A stretch of 64,000 nucleotides of DNA from Rebecca billardiae RCC1528. Lineage: Eukaryota > Protista > Haptophyta. This document shows positions 1 to 11,391 of the stretch, in pieces. Positions within the stretch are counted from its first letter, which is position 1. Each line of letters starts with the position of its first letter. Under the pieces are notes generated by a model. That model ran no database searches and had not been told where the DNA came from. It saw nothing but the letters and a program-made list of their open reading frames with translations. A program made the translations under genes and the position numbers. Location of the stretch: the NCBI GenBank assembly GCA_965240325.2, contig OZ251236.1, forward strand, positions 806,001 through 870,000. Direction: 5' to 3'.

Positions 1-350
1 CGGCCCATGCCCTTGCCCACGCGGACGGCGTGCGCGGGCAGGAAGGCCTCCATGCCGTCGGCGAGCTGGCCGCGCGCGGGGACGGGCGCGTTATCCGGCC
101 CGCGCGTGTCCGCGATGAGCAGCAGGCGGTACAGCGTCACGACGACCACGCCCGAGGCGCCGCGCGCGTGCGACGTCGAAGCAAAGTCGCAGCCGACCGG
201 CCCGAACACAACTCGCTCTGCGGTGTAGAGCAGCTCGGCGATCGAGGCGGGCAGGTCGTGCGGGGGCGGCGGCGGCGGGAGAGGACTCAGCGGGTCGTTC
301 TCGAACGGGAAGTTCCCGTCGTCCGCCTCGCGGCCCGCCGGCGACGACAT
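1..350 (-). CDS. 5' part of a gene running off the window; N-terminal PH-GRAM-like domain (myotubularin-related?)
   Basis: accATG at 350, open to the window edge: MSSPAGREADDGNFPF...LLYTAERVVF...GVVVVTLYRLLLI. This resembles the myotubularin PH-GRAM pattern LLxGExV...GxLxxTxYRLxF. Absent from the ORF track (no stop in window). Confidence 0.5.
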   Translation of the reverse strand, partial: MSSPAGREADDGNFPFENDPLSPLPPPPPPHDLPASIAELLYTAERVVFGPVGCDFASTSHARGASGVVVVTLYRLLLIADTRGPDNAPVPARGQLADGMEAFLPAHAVRVGKGMG

Positions 351-603
351 GGTCGACGACGCCCGCGGCTTGCGCCGGCCGTCGCGAGTGCGCGGCCTTT
401 GGACTGCTGGCCCTTCACCGAAGACTCAGACGAGTAGTTTGTGTGGGCCAGTCCGGGCAAGTTGAAAGTATGTCGTCCGGGGAAGGGGGTTTCCAATCGT
501 CCGGGCAAGGGCGCAAGCTCTTGTTAGCCCTTGGCTTGGTCCGGGCCGCGTTTTGCGGAACCGTACCGCTTGGGCAAGGCTGCTTGATGCGGCCGGGCGC
601 GTC

Positions 604-2940
604 ATGCGCGATGCCTGGCGGGTTGGTGGTGTGGCACACGCTCTTGCTCTTGCCCTTGCTGTCATGGCGGCCCATACTGTAACAGCAAGAGCGTGGGCCG
701 GCGCGGCAGGCAAGGACGCTGCCGTGCGCAAGCCTTCGAGGCAAGCACGCAAGGCGCGCGCGACGGCGCACGCGTGTGCGTGCTCAAGCGTGTGTGACGT
801 GGAGGCCACTCTCAAGGACGCTTCCGCCTGCTTCGACCCGATCGCGCGGTGCGTCCCGCGGGTGCGGTGGTACACGCCGCCGCGTGACGTCGGGCGGCCC
901 GCCGACGCGCTCAACTATTCGCTCGCCCTCCTCGACTGGAACACCGTGTATCGCATCTCCGACCTCGCGCGCGCGCGCGGCGAGCGCTTCCGACTCGACT
1001 CGATGATCATTCTCTGCGAGCCCCGCTACCGCGGCACGCTGCTGCGCGACGCGCTCGCGCGGGTCTCTCGGCTGAATGGGACCTCGATGAGCTCGCTCGA
1101 CCACGCCGCCGTGGAGGCGGCCGTCGCCGCCTCCACCGAGGGCGGCGGCCAGCTCGGCCATGTGCGACTGCTGGGCAAGACGGGACCGAACGGGGTGACC
1201 ATCCAGCACGGGCTGATGGCGCGCGCGCTCGTCGAGCTCATGCGCGACCGGCTGGAGCGGGGGCAGTGCGAGGCGGCGCCGGCGCACGCCGTCGTCGTGT
1301 ACACGCGGCTGGGCGATGCCGTCGACGCCAACTACATCGAGCCGCTGCTCGAGCGGCTCGATCTCGAGCTGGAGGCCACCCGGACAGACGGGGCGCACGA
1401 CGCGCTCGTACAGCCGCTGCTGCCCCATCATCATCATCATCATCATGTTGATCGAGGCGGCGGGCGGAAGAGCGCCGCCGCCGCCACCGCCACCGCCACG
1501 CCAGTGCGGGAGGTGGTGATCAGCGGCGTGCTCAACTACGCGACGAACCCGCTGCGCGTGCGCGGGGACAGCACGCTCGCGTACGCGCACAGGGCGGAAA
1601 TGGACCGGCTCTCCGCGGACGTGGTCGACAGGCTCGTGCAGCGCGCCCACGCGCGCGGGCTGCGCGCCAGCGTGCGCTCCGAGCCGGACGCGGACCGCGA
1701 CCTGTGCTACTACGTGCTCTCGCCGCACGTGGTGACGGGCACGCACGGCGGGTTCCCGCTGTTCGTGCAGCTGCTGCGCCGCACGGCGGGGCTGCCCATC
1801 CCCGCCTGGGAGGGCAAGGGGCTGTACTCCACTCTGCCCAAGCACGCGTGCGCGTGCGCGCGCGCGTGCGCGCCGTGGGAGCGCGCGACGGTGGCGCGCT
1901 GCGTCGACCCGCTCCGTCGCTGCGGCACGGCGGCAATCAGGTGGTGGTCCTCGCCGAAGCGCAACGCGAGCACGCAGCTCGGGTACCAGCTCGCCGTCGT
2001 CGCGCAGCAGGGCGCGTACCGCGTCGCCGAGATCCTCCTGTCCCGGGGGCCCAAGTGGCGGCTCGACGCCACGCGTGTTTTGTGCGGCGCGCAGTTCCGC
2101 GGCACGGCGCTGCGGGACGCGCTCGCCAAGGCGAGCAAGCTCGACGGCGTGCTGAGCGGCTCGTGGGCGCCGAGTGAGCTGGAGCGGGTGCTGGGCAACC
2201 GCACCGAGGGCCCGACGCGCTGGCCAGGGCACGCCCTCCTCCAGGGCCGCAAGGGCGAGAACGGGCTGGTGCTGAGGACGCGCGAGATCGCGTTTGCGAT
2301 GGCGCGCGAGCTGCGCGCGCGGCTGCGCGCGCGCGCGTGCACGGCCGCACCGCCAGACGCGCTTGCGGTGTACATGCCGGTGGGCGACGGCCTGGGCGTC
2401 GATCCGGCCGCGCTCGCCAAGAAGATCGACGTGGTGCTCGCCGAGCTCCGCAACCAGCAGCGCGCGATCGTGCGCAGCGCCGTGCTGCTCGCGCGCATCG
2501 CGCTGCCGGCCGCGCTGGATGCCAACGCGAGCTCGGAGCTGGACTCGGGCGGTTTTAGTGCCTCGGCAATGGCGGAGCGGACAGATGCGGCGGTCGCGGC
2601 CGTGGACGCTCTCGTCGCGCACGTGCGCGCGCGCGGGCTGCACGTGAGCGTCCACTCGGAGCCGGACGTGGACCGACTGCTGTGCGTCACCACCTTCTCG
2701 CGCCACCTGGTCACCGCCGAGCTCCCGGGCAGCAGTGCCGATCACAGCCACAAGCAGTGGCAGGACGTCGTCGTAGGGAACGCACAGGTAGTGCCGCCGT
2801 CGCAGCGTCGTCGTCACCAGTGGCACCAGGCGTACGCAGGCGAGGACACCCACGGCGGGCTGCCACATCGGACAGAGCAGCTCTTCACGGAAATGCTCTG
2901 GCGTCTGCGCCGTGCTGCCGAGCTGACGAGTGCGGAGTAA
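604..2940 (+). CDS. Secretory-pathway protein with two tandem GT-B fucosyltransferase-like (GT11/NodZ-like) domains
   Basis: ATG at 604 is in frame with ORF 553..2940 and is followed by a hydrophobic anchor (AHALALALAVMAA). Clear internal duplication (CACSSVC/CACARAC; YRISDL/YRVAEI; RGTLLRDAL/RGTALRDAL; SEPDADRDLC/SEPDVDRLLC). Copy 1 has VYTRLGD (like motif HxRxGD) and DxDL...GGF. Confidence 0.6.
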   Translation: MRDAWRVGGVAHALALALAVMAAHTVTARAWAGAAGKDAAVRKPSRQARKARATAHACACSSVCDVEATLKDASACFDPIARCVPRVRWYTPPRDVGRPADALNYSLALLDWNTVYRISDLARARGERFRLDSMIILCEPRYRGTLLRDALARVSRLNGTSMSSLDHAAVEAAVAASTEGGGQLGHVRLLGKTGPNGVTIQHGLMARALVELMRDRLERGQCEAAPAHAVVVYTRLGDAVDANYIEPLLERLDLELEATRTDGAHDALVQPLLPHHHHHHHVDRGGGRKSAAAATATATPVREVVISGVLNYATNPLRVRGDSTLAYAHRAEMDRLSADVVDRLVQRAHARGLRASVRSEPDADRDLCYYVLSPHVVTGTHGGFPLFVQLLRRTAGLPIPAWEGKGLYSTLPKHACACARACAPWERATVARCVDPLRRCGTAAIRWWSSPKRNASTQLGYQLAVVAQQGAYRVAEILLSRGPKWRLDATRVLCGAQFRGTALRDALAKASKLDGVLSGSWAPSELERVLGNRTEGPTRWPGHALLQGRKGENGLVLRTREIAFAMARELRARLRARACTAAPPDALAVYMPVGDGLGVDPAALAKKIDVVLAELRNQQRAIVRSAVLLARIALPAALDANASSELDSGGFSASAMAERTDAAVAAVDALVAHVRARGLHVSVHSEPDVDRLLCVTTFSRHLVTAELPGSSADHSHKQWQDVVVGNAQVVPPSQRRRHQWHQAYAGEDTHGGLPHRTEQLFTEMLWRLRRAAELTSAE

Positions 2941-3889
2941 CAGCCTGGGGCTGGGCCGCCGACTCAGGCTCCGACCGTAGTGGACGGAGTCGTGATCGCG
3001 CGGAGTATATAGCCGCAGGGTCGGGACGGGACACGACTAACTCGACGACGGGTAGGTAAGCGCATATATGCGGGTATGTGTCTCTAATTAATAAGTGGCG
3101 GGTAACATGCGCTCGATCTTGGAGTAGTTTTTCGATCACCGAGTTCACCGACTGCTCTACGCGCACTCATCCGTCATCGTGCCAACTAAAATTCATCAGC
3201 AATTCCGTCGTCGTAATTTTGTTGGGGCGGGCGGTTGCAACGGTTATGAACAAGTAATAAGTCCGACGACATACCGTCATTAGCCGCCATAACAAGTCGT
3301 TGACGTTTGGCTGAATCTGTATGTGACACAGTGACGCAGCTGGCGTGCGCGCGCACGACCGCGCGACGGCACGCGGAGTCGGTTTTGGGTGCTTCTGACG
3401 GCTGGGCTGGGTTCCAGGACATATTTGTGCCGGTGCCTCCGCAAGCGCCACGCTCGTCAGACACCTAAATCGCATGGTTGTCGAAAATCACAATTCAGTG
3501 GGCTGCTGTCATGGACCCCCTACTAATTGAGTACATACGTAAAAGTCTAGTAGTTGTTGTAGTTCAGTACAGTAACTACTACCGTACTGTACTACGTCGT
3601 CGTCTGTACGTAGTACAGTTAGTTACAAATTTGAATATGAGACGCGCGCACATGTACAGCTCAGGCAGGCGAGATTGACGCCCGCCAACTGTCACCGCCC
3701 ATGAAGCCGTCGCCGATTGTACAGTTCAAGCAGTTTTAGAACGTGATGATGTATCATGATGCACGTAGTACGGTAGTAGTAGCTTACCTTGAAAAGATAG
3801 TACGACCGTACCCACTCCGTGGCAACTATTGTACGAATGATTGTATCATCGTCATACTGTAGGGTATTTGGTTGAGTCCTCAATAGCGG

Positions 3890-5242
3890 ATGGGGTCGAT
3901 GGCGGCACTCGTCCTCGCCCTCGTCGGAAGTGGCGAGGCGTCGACAGAGCGGAGCGTCACAGGCAGCTTCCCCGAGATGCTCGCCTTCGCCGTGCACCAC
4001 AAGACGGGCACCGCGCTCATGGGACAGCACGTGAACCGCATCGACGCGATGGGCCAGGCGCGCAACGTCTCTGTCTGGCGACACGCGATGAGCGGCTACG
4101 CGCCTTGGCCGGAATGGCGAGAGCTGCCCCCGCGCGCTGCTCGTGCGCAGCTCGGGATCATCACCTCCCAGCATGGGCCGCCGCTGCCGTCGCTCCCGAC
4201 CCAAGCCATCGCAGCCAACGCGCCTCGATGGTGCCTCCTGCACATCATGCGTGACCCCGTCAGCATCGCCGTCTCAGGCTACCTGTACCACGTGCGCCTG
4301 GGCGACGCAGACGTCCGGCGCCTGCTGGGGACCAAGGACACCCACATCGCTGAGGCGTCCATCCACTTTGACGAGCCCGACTGCGCCGCCGTGCCCGCCG
4401 CGCCGGCCCCGAACGGCACGCGCCCCCGCCGGACCCACTACGAGCTGCTCAAGGCGGCGCCGAGCGACGAGGCGGGCGTGCTGTGCGAGGTCGAGGCGAG
4501 GGCGATGAACACGACGTGGGAGATGCTGCGGCTGGCCGAGTCGGCCGAGGCGTATCCCCACGCACTGGCAGTGGACATGACCGAGCTCGAGCGCTCACCC
4601 GCCAGTGTGTACGCCCAGCTGAGCCGCACGTGTGCGCTCTCAGACAACGTCAGCGGCCTGCTTGACGCCGTGGCACGGTCAGCAGCGATCTGGTCCCCCC
4701 CGCCGTCCGGCATTCACGTCAACGCCGATCTGGCGCGAGCCCGGCGCCTCCGGGCATTCCTGCGGGCGGGCGACCTGTCCCCAGTCACGCGCCAGCTGGA
4801 GCCCTTTGCGCAGCGCACCGTCGTGGCTCGCTACCACGAGTTCATGGCGCTGAGCGCTCGGCTGGGGTACCTGCAGCCTGCGCCCTCGGCGTCCACGGGG
4901 CTGGCGGCTGAGGCGCCGCTCGAGCCCGCGCTGCAGCGCGACGGCGTCGTGCCGAGATGGGTGTCGCATCCGCTCAAGTCCTGCAACGAGGTCGTGCTTG
5001 GGCTGCTCAGCGCAGCCATGGCGGCGCAGCGCGCACAGGGGCGCCGCGTCGACCCCACCATGTACACCTGCGCCAAGCAGCCTGCTGCTGCACAGCCTGG
5101 CAGCATCACGGGGTACACCCAACCGACCCAACGCGATCGGCAACGCTTACGCGATGCTTCGGCGCGTGCAGAAGTCATCGCACGCTACCTGCGAGGCGGC
5201 TTCAGACGCATGCGGAATCATTCGTCAGCAGACGATGTTTGA
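3890..5242 (+). CDS. Golgi/secretory sulfotransferase-family protein
   Basis: Signal-like N-terminus MAALVLALVG; 5'-PAPS loop AVHHKTGT; 3'-phosphate-binding motif IMRDPVSIAVSGYLYH. Confidence 0.8.
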   Translation: MGSMAALVLALVGSGEASTERSVTGSFPEMLAFAVHHKTGTALMGQHVNRIDAMGQARNVSVWRHAMSGYAPWPEWRELPPRAARAQLGIITSQHGPPLPSLPTQAIAANAPRWCLLHIMRDPVSIAVSGYLYHVRLGDADVRRLLGTKDTHIAEASIHFDEPDCAAVPAAPAPNGTRPRRTHYELLKAAPSDEAGVLCEVEARAMNTTWEMLRLAESAEAYPHALAVDMTELERSPASVYAQLSRTCALSDNVSGLLDAVARSAAIWSPPPSGIHVNADLARARRLRAFLRAGDLSPVTRQLEPFAQRTVVARYHEFMALSARLGYLQPAPSASTGLAAEAPLEPALQRDGVVPRWVSHPLKSCNEVVLGLLSAAMAAQRAQGRRVDPTMYTCAKQPAAAQPGSITGYTQPTQRDRQRLRDASARAEVIARYLRGGFRRMRNHSSADDV

Positions 5243-5785
5243 CCGCAGCGTTCCGCCGCCGCTCCGTCGAGTAATAAGATCGACGAGTCATCTTAATCAC
5301 TCCGCCGCCGGGACCTAGCTCAGTAGCTGGCGCGGCCCTATGGCGTGACTATTCCGCCTCAGCCTGGCGGGCTCGGAGGGCTCCCGGACGACTCGACGAG
5401 GTCGAGGGCCTCCGCGGCCTGACGGCTGACGCTCGGATGATGATGACGACTGTGGCGATATGAGTGTGCTACTGAGTACTGACGATGTCCAGCATCATAT
5501 GATCGATGAAGACTGATGATGACGCGAAGCGCGCGCATGATTGATGCCTGAATCGGACTGATGTCTGATGATCAGTGACGACTACATATCAGATTCAGAC
5601 GCGACTCATCATCGATCTATAATATAGTATAATAGAGCTATATCACCTATATATATATATAGCAGCAGCTCTGCTCTTAGTTAGATAGTCTCTCGTCTGG
5701 CTCTCTCTCTCGTCTCTCTCTACTTCTTATCACTTATCAGCTGCTGCTCGATGCCATTATAGGCGATGACGACTGCTCTGAAGTG

Positions 5786-8700
5786 CTACTCGTCGCCGCT
5801 GAAGAGCGCGGCCATGTCGCGCTTGCCCCGGCGCTCCACGTACAGTGCCTTTCGCCTGCCGCCGCCCGCGACAGCGGCGGCGACAGCAGGGGCTGAGGGC
5901 GCGCCCACAGCTGTGGCACCGGCGCCACCAGCAACCTCGGTAGTGGCGGCGCCCGCTGCAGACGGCGCATCCTTGGTCTGGGCGGCGGCCTTGCCAGTGG
6001 CAGCGGCGCCGGCGGCACCCTTGCCGGCGGCTGGTCGGGGCTGGTGCGCGCGGTTGGTGATCGCGCCGAGTGGCGCGCGCTTTGGCGGCGCGGCCGCGGC
6101 GGCCACGACCGCCGTGCTCGCGCCGGGTGCAGGCGCGGCCGGTGAGTCGGCGGACGCGACAGGGGATGGCTCTGTCGTGGGCGAGTCGGCGGCGCTCGCG
6201 TCGGGCGTGCCGCCCGACGCCTTGGCGCGGCGCCGCGTCGTGATGGTCGGCGCGACGGCCTCAGCCGCCGTGGGCGCGAGCGACGCCGCTCCGCCCCGCT
6301 CCTCCGTGCCAGCGTCGCCGTCGGCCGCGCGCTCGGGGCGCGCGCGCGCGCGCGAGGCGCGCGGGATGACGGTGCGCGCCTCCTCCGTCTCGATCCAGTC
6401 CACGTCACTGCCCGCGGCCTCCTCCTCGTCCTCGTCGTCCTCCTCCTCCGACGAGGTGGCACTCTCCTCCTCCTCCTCCTCCTCGGTGCCCTCATCCTCC
6501 TCACTGCCGCCGTCAGTGCTGCCGCCGCCGCTGTCGTCGTCGCGCCCGGCAGCCGCCGCGGGCGCCGCGACGGGCACGCGCCGCGCCTCGTCGAGCACGG
6601 GGCGCGCAGGTGCCGCCTCGGCCGCGTCGGAGACGCGCGAGCGCGCGCGCGTCAGCTCGCCCTCCAGCTCGAGCACGCGCGCGCGCAGCGCGGCGGCGTC
6701 CGCGGCCGCGCGCGCCGCGTCCGCCTCTGCGGCGGCGAGCGTGGCCGACGCGTCGCGCGCCGCCGGCGCGCTGTCTATCTGAGCGGCGGTCGCGTCGACG
6801 ACGGCGGCGAGCTCCGCCTGGTGCGCGCGCTCCGCGCCCGCCTGCGCGCGCGCGTGCTCGGCGCGCGCGCGCTCGAGCTCGCGGCTCAGCCCGTCCGCCA
6901 CGTCGAGCGCGTCCTTGAGCGCCGCCTGTGCCTCGGCCGCGCGCAGCGACGCTGCGTCGTCGGACGCGCGCGCCTCGGCCGCGAGCGCGAGCGCGCGGCT
7001 CAGCGCCTCGCGCGCGCGCGCGGGCACGGCGGCGGCGGCGCCGAGCCGCGCGTCGTGCGCCGCGCGCCCCTTCTCCAGCGTCACGATCCGCTGCTGCAGC
7101 GCCGAGATTGCCTCCGAGCGGAACGCCAGCTCGCAGCGCAGCGCGTCGCGGCGGCCGTCGGCCGCGCCGCCGCCGGGCGCCTCGTCCGGCGGCCCGGCTG
7201 CGGCGGCGTCGGCCGCGTCGGCGCCCGTGCCGCCGTCGTGTGCGCCGCCGTCGGACGCGCCGCCGTGCTGCCTGAACGGGTGCGCTGCCGCGTCGAGGCC
7301 GTCCATCTCGCGCTTCGCCGCGCGCCGCGCGCCCACGTGCGCCTCGAGCTGCGCGCGCGCCTTGTGCAGAGCGAGTGCGCTGTCGGCGACAGCGTCAAGC
7401 CAGGCCGGCGGGTCGGAGGCGGCGGCGCCGCCGCCCGCGTCGGCCGCGGCCAAGGCGCCGCGCTCGGACGAGCCGCCGCCGCCGCCCGCCGTCGCGGGGC
7501 GCGGCGGCAGCGGCGGTTTCACCTGCGCGTGGATCCGGTCCCGCCGCGCCGCGGCCGCCAGCTGCGCCTCCTGCTGCCGCAGCTTCTTGTGCGCCGCCAC
7601 CACCTCCTCGCCCCGGCGCTTCAGCACGCTCGCCTGCCGCTCCGCGACGCCCGTGGCCTTGCTCAGCTGCGCGGCCAGCTTGCGCTCGGCGCGGCGCGCC
7701 TGCTTGAGCTCGTGCTCGCGCGCGCGCCGCGAGGAGAGGTGATCCGCCGCCGCCGCGCGCATCTGCTTCATCAGCCCCACCTTGGCCGCGCGCATCTCGC
7801 GGATCTCGGACTGCAGCGCGTGGAGGCGCGCGTCCGAGGACGCGCGCGCGCGGACGAGGGCCTCCGACGCGGCCAGCTTCTTCCGAGCGCCCTCGAGCGA
7901 TGCCTCGAGCGTGCGCAGGCGCTCGCGAGCCTCTCCCGCCGAGCCTCCGCCGCCCGACCCCGCCGCGGCGGCGGTCGCGCGTGCGCCCGGCGCGCGGCCG
8001 GCGTGCGCGCCGTCGGGGCCGGCGGTCCGGGGTCGCGCTGGCTCTGCCGCGGCCTCGTGCACGGCGGCGAGCGCGCCGAGCAGCCCCTCGCGCTCGGCCT
8101 GCAGCCGGCTGACGAGGCCGCGGAGCGCGTCAGCCTCTGCTTGGGCGGCGGCGGCGTGCGCCACGCCGCCGCCCTCCGCCGCCGCGCCGCTCGCCTCCGC
8201 GCCGGCGTCCGCGGCGGGTGCGCCCTCCGCCGCGGTCGCGTCTGCGTCGGCCGAGGCGTCACCGCGCGCGCCGCGCCGGGCGAGCACGTCAAAGTGCGCC
8301 GCGAGCTGCTCCTTGGCAGCGAGCGACGCGCTGAGCGCGTCGAGCTGCTGCGCCATCCGCCGCTGCTGCTGCGCGAACACGATGTCCTGCTCCTCCAGCT
8401 CCGCCGCGTCCGCCTCGTCGATCGGATCGGCGGCCGCGCCGTCCGCGTCGCCGCCGGCCGGCGCGGGCGCGTCCGCAGCCGGCGCTGCGGACGCGCCGCC
8501 CGAGGGCGGCGCGGCCGCGCCGGCGGCGTCGACGGCACCGGCCTGCACCACCGCCGCGCCGCTCAGCTCCGGCACCGGCGCGGTGCTCGCGCCGCTCGCT
8601 ACCAGCTGAGCGTGCAGTCGGCCAATCTCTGCGCCTGCGCGCGCGAGCTGCGTCTTGAGAGTGCCTACCTGGCCCTCGAGCTGGGCGCAGCGCCGCGCGA

Positions 8701-10367
8701 GCGCGCCCGCCTCGGCGGAGAGCTTGCCCATCCCGACGCCCGTCCCACCGGACGCCCCACCGCCGCCGCCCGCGCCTGCACCGCCGCCGCCCGCGCCTGC
8801 ACCGCCGCCGCCCGGCGCCTGCTGCGCCGACGCCAGCTGCGCCTGCAGCGAGCGCACCTGCAGTCGCAGCTGCTCGAGAGAGGCGCGCTCGACGTCCACG
8901 TTGACCACCGCCCTGTTCTGGATCTGCCGCGCACGGTGCGCGTACTTGAGGGTGTTGAGCGTCTCCTCGAAGTCGGCGTCCGAGGGCGAGACACACGCGA
9001 GCATCACGGTGCGAGCGTTCCCACCCAGCGAGTCCTGAAGAAGCCTGCGCGCCGGCCGCGGTGCGCGCGGAGGGGGGGCGCGGAGGCGGCGCGCGCGTCT
9101 CAGGGCATAGCGCGCGCGTCGCACGGCCCGCTCGAGCCGCGCCCGCGCGCACGCCGGGCCGCACGCCTCCCGCCGCGCGCGCGCGCGCCCCGCCAGCGAA
9201 CGCGCGCGAGCACCTGGTGAGCTTGGACTCGCGGTAAGGCACGTGCACGTGTGCCCCGGGCTTGCGCTCGGCGGTGAGCGCGCAGATCACGTTGCCGAGG
9301 GCGAGGAGGCCGCGGTTGATGTGGATGCCCTCCTGCAGCCGCTCGCCCTCCGCCTTGGTCCGCTTCAGCCGCTCCGACCCCGCCAGGTCGACGAAGTGCA
9401 GCTTGGCCACGCGTGACACCGGCGGCTCGCCCTCGGCCGCCGGCGCGTCCGACTCGACGCTCAGCGAGAAGACGGCGTGCGAGCGCGAGGAGATGGCGTT
9501 CATCGCGGTGGAGGCGGTGGCGCGGCCGAGCGCGCCGTGCTGCACGCAGCGCAACGCGTCCTCCGCCGAGCGCAGCTCGCGCGTGCGCGCGCCGGCGAGC
9601 GAGATGGCGCCATTCACATCCTCGCGAATGGTGACGTGCGCGCCCGCGCCCGCGGCCGACGAGCTGCCGCCACCGCCGCCGCCGCTCGACTCGGAGGCGG
9701 CGGCGTCGGCCGCGGCGGCGGCGGGGCCGCCGCCGGCGGCTGCTGCGTGCAGCAGGTCGCGCACCTCCTCGCGGTGGATCTCGATGAAGCTCGCGCTCAC
9801 CTTGGCGCGGACGAGCCGCTGTGAGTCGAGCGCCTCGCGCACCTGAGCGAACAGCAGGCGCATCGCGCGCGGCAGGATGCCGACGGAGGCGTCGTCGCGC
9901 TCGAGGTCGAGCGAGGCGGTGCCCATCGTGTGCGTCTTGCCCGAGCCCGTCTGGCCGTACGCGAACACCGTGCCGTTCAGCCCGTCGAGCGCGCCGCGCA
10001 CGAGCCTATCCACGCCGATCTCGGCAAAGATCTCGTCCTGAGACGCGCCGGTGCCAAAGACGTGGTCGAAGGTGAAGGCGCGCTCGGAGCCGAGGAAGAC
10101 CATGGGCTCGCCGGGCGTCGAGAAGACGCACTCGCTCGCGCCGTCGGCCAGGTCGGTCGGGAGCATCGGCCGCACGCGCAGCGCGACGCGCACTGCGCGA
10201 GCGCGCGGCGCGAGCGCGCGCGCGGCGCGCGCGCACGCAAGCCGTGTCACGACCGAGGCGGACGGCGCGCGCACGCGCGCAAGGCGGTCATCACAGCATC
10301 GAGCGGCGGCTGGGCGCCGTATCGCGCACGCACCGCTGGTCTCATCCTCCGCGTTGTCAGCGCTCAT
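5786..10367 (-). CDS. Kinesin-4 family motor (KIF4/KIF21-like), 3 exons, ~1423 aa
   Basis: Exons 10367-10334, 10192-9214, 9044-5786; GT-AG introns 10333-10193 and 9213-9045. Splicing gives [55 protein letters not shown]. Kinesin-4-type coiled coil ([11 protein letters not shown]...[11 protein letters not shown]). Confidence 0.93.
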
Positions 10368-11190
10368 CGTGAGCTCGGTGGGTGCGTGCGTGGCTGGGCG
10401 CGACCTCGCGACTGGTTTGAATGCGGCCGGGCGCGAAGCGCCGAGTCCGGCAGGCACCCAAGGCCGCAACCCGCAAGCACGTGGGCCGCAACCGGCTGGA
10501 CTGTTTCCGGACTCGAAGGCGCACTACCGGCTTGCAAACCAAGCCCCCCAAAACGGGATGGGCGAGCACTGGGCGACGCGAGGGCCCGCCTGCGCAGCGC
10601 TCCCAAGGCCGCATGCGGGCGTGACAGCCGTGCGCGGGCACTTTGTGGGGGCAAGAAGACCCGTAGGCAGCAATCGCGCCGCCTCGTCGACGCCCTAACC
10701 GCCCTCTCCGCGCGCAGAGACCTGCCGGATGGCACGCGCAGTTCTGGAGAAGGCCTGTCCGACGAGCGTGATGGGCACGCGTGCGCCCCTGGGGCATTCA
10801 AAGGTCGGCTTTTTCGCTTCTGCGAGATGGGTATGGGTGTACTCAACATCAGTGCTTCGCCGGCAGCCATGCCGACATCGATCAGACCGCACACACACGC
10901 TCGACAGCTGGCAGGCCAGCAACCGGTTGAAATGGCGGCGCGTGTGATCACAAGGCTGTCGGCGAGGAGACCGCAGTGCGAGCCAAAGGAGGGCGCGCAA
11001 GACATGCATCTCGGTCGTGAGGCGTGCATGAGCCGCGAGCACGGGCACGACGTGCACGGCAAAGCCCGTCATGCGCCTCGACGCGCACGCGCCGCGGGGG
11101 ACGACCGAGGAGGGCGCGCGCAGGCTGGCCTTCTTGGCGGCGGCTGCCCGGGAGTGCCCGCGCACGCGCAACCTGTATTCAAAAAGCTCC

Positions 11191-11231
11191 CGGATGACAC
11201 AGGGGGGTACAGTATACCCCCTGTGTCACCG
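11191..11231. repeat. Near-perfect inverted repeat upstream of the RNF213-like gene
   Basis: CGG(A)TGACACAGGGGG(G)TA-cagta-TACCCCCTGTGTCACCG. Confidence 0.85.
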
Positions 11232-11391
11232 TTGAGCCAGGCCTTTGGGGGGCTTGGTTCGCAAGCTACCGGTTGGTCCGGCTCGACGTGTCATCAGTCC
11301 CCGCCTCCGGCCTCCCCGGCCATTCTCTCACAATCATTCTCACCGCGAAGCCGGCGAGGCGGCGATTGCATCACCGCGCGAGGCGGACAAG

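Noticed and set aside
10690-10702. CCCTAACC as a possible telomerase RNA template
   Set aside because: Only 8 nt, with no supporting promoter or structure; expected by chance.
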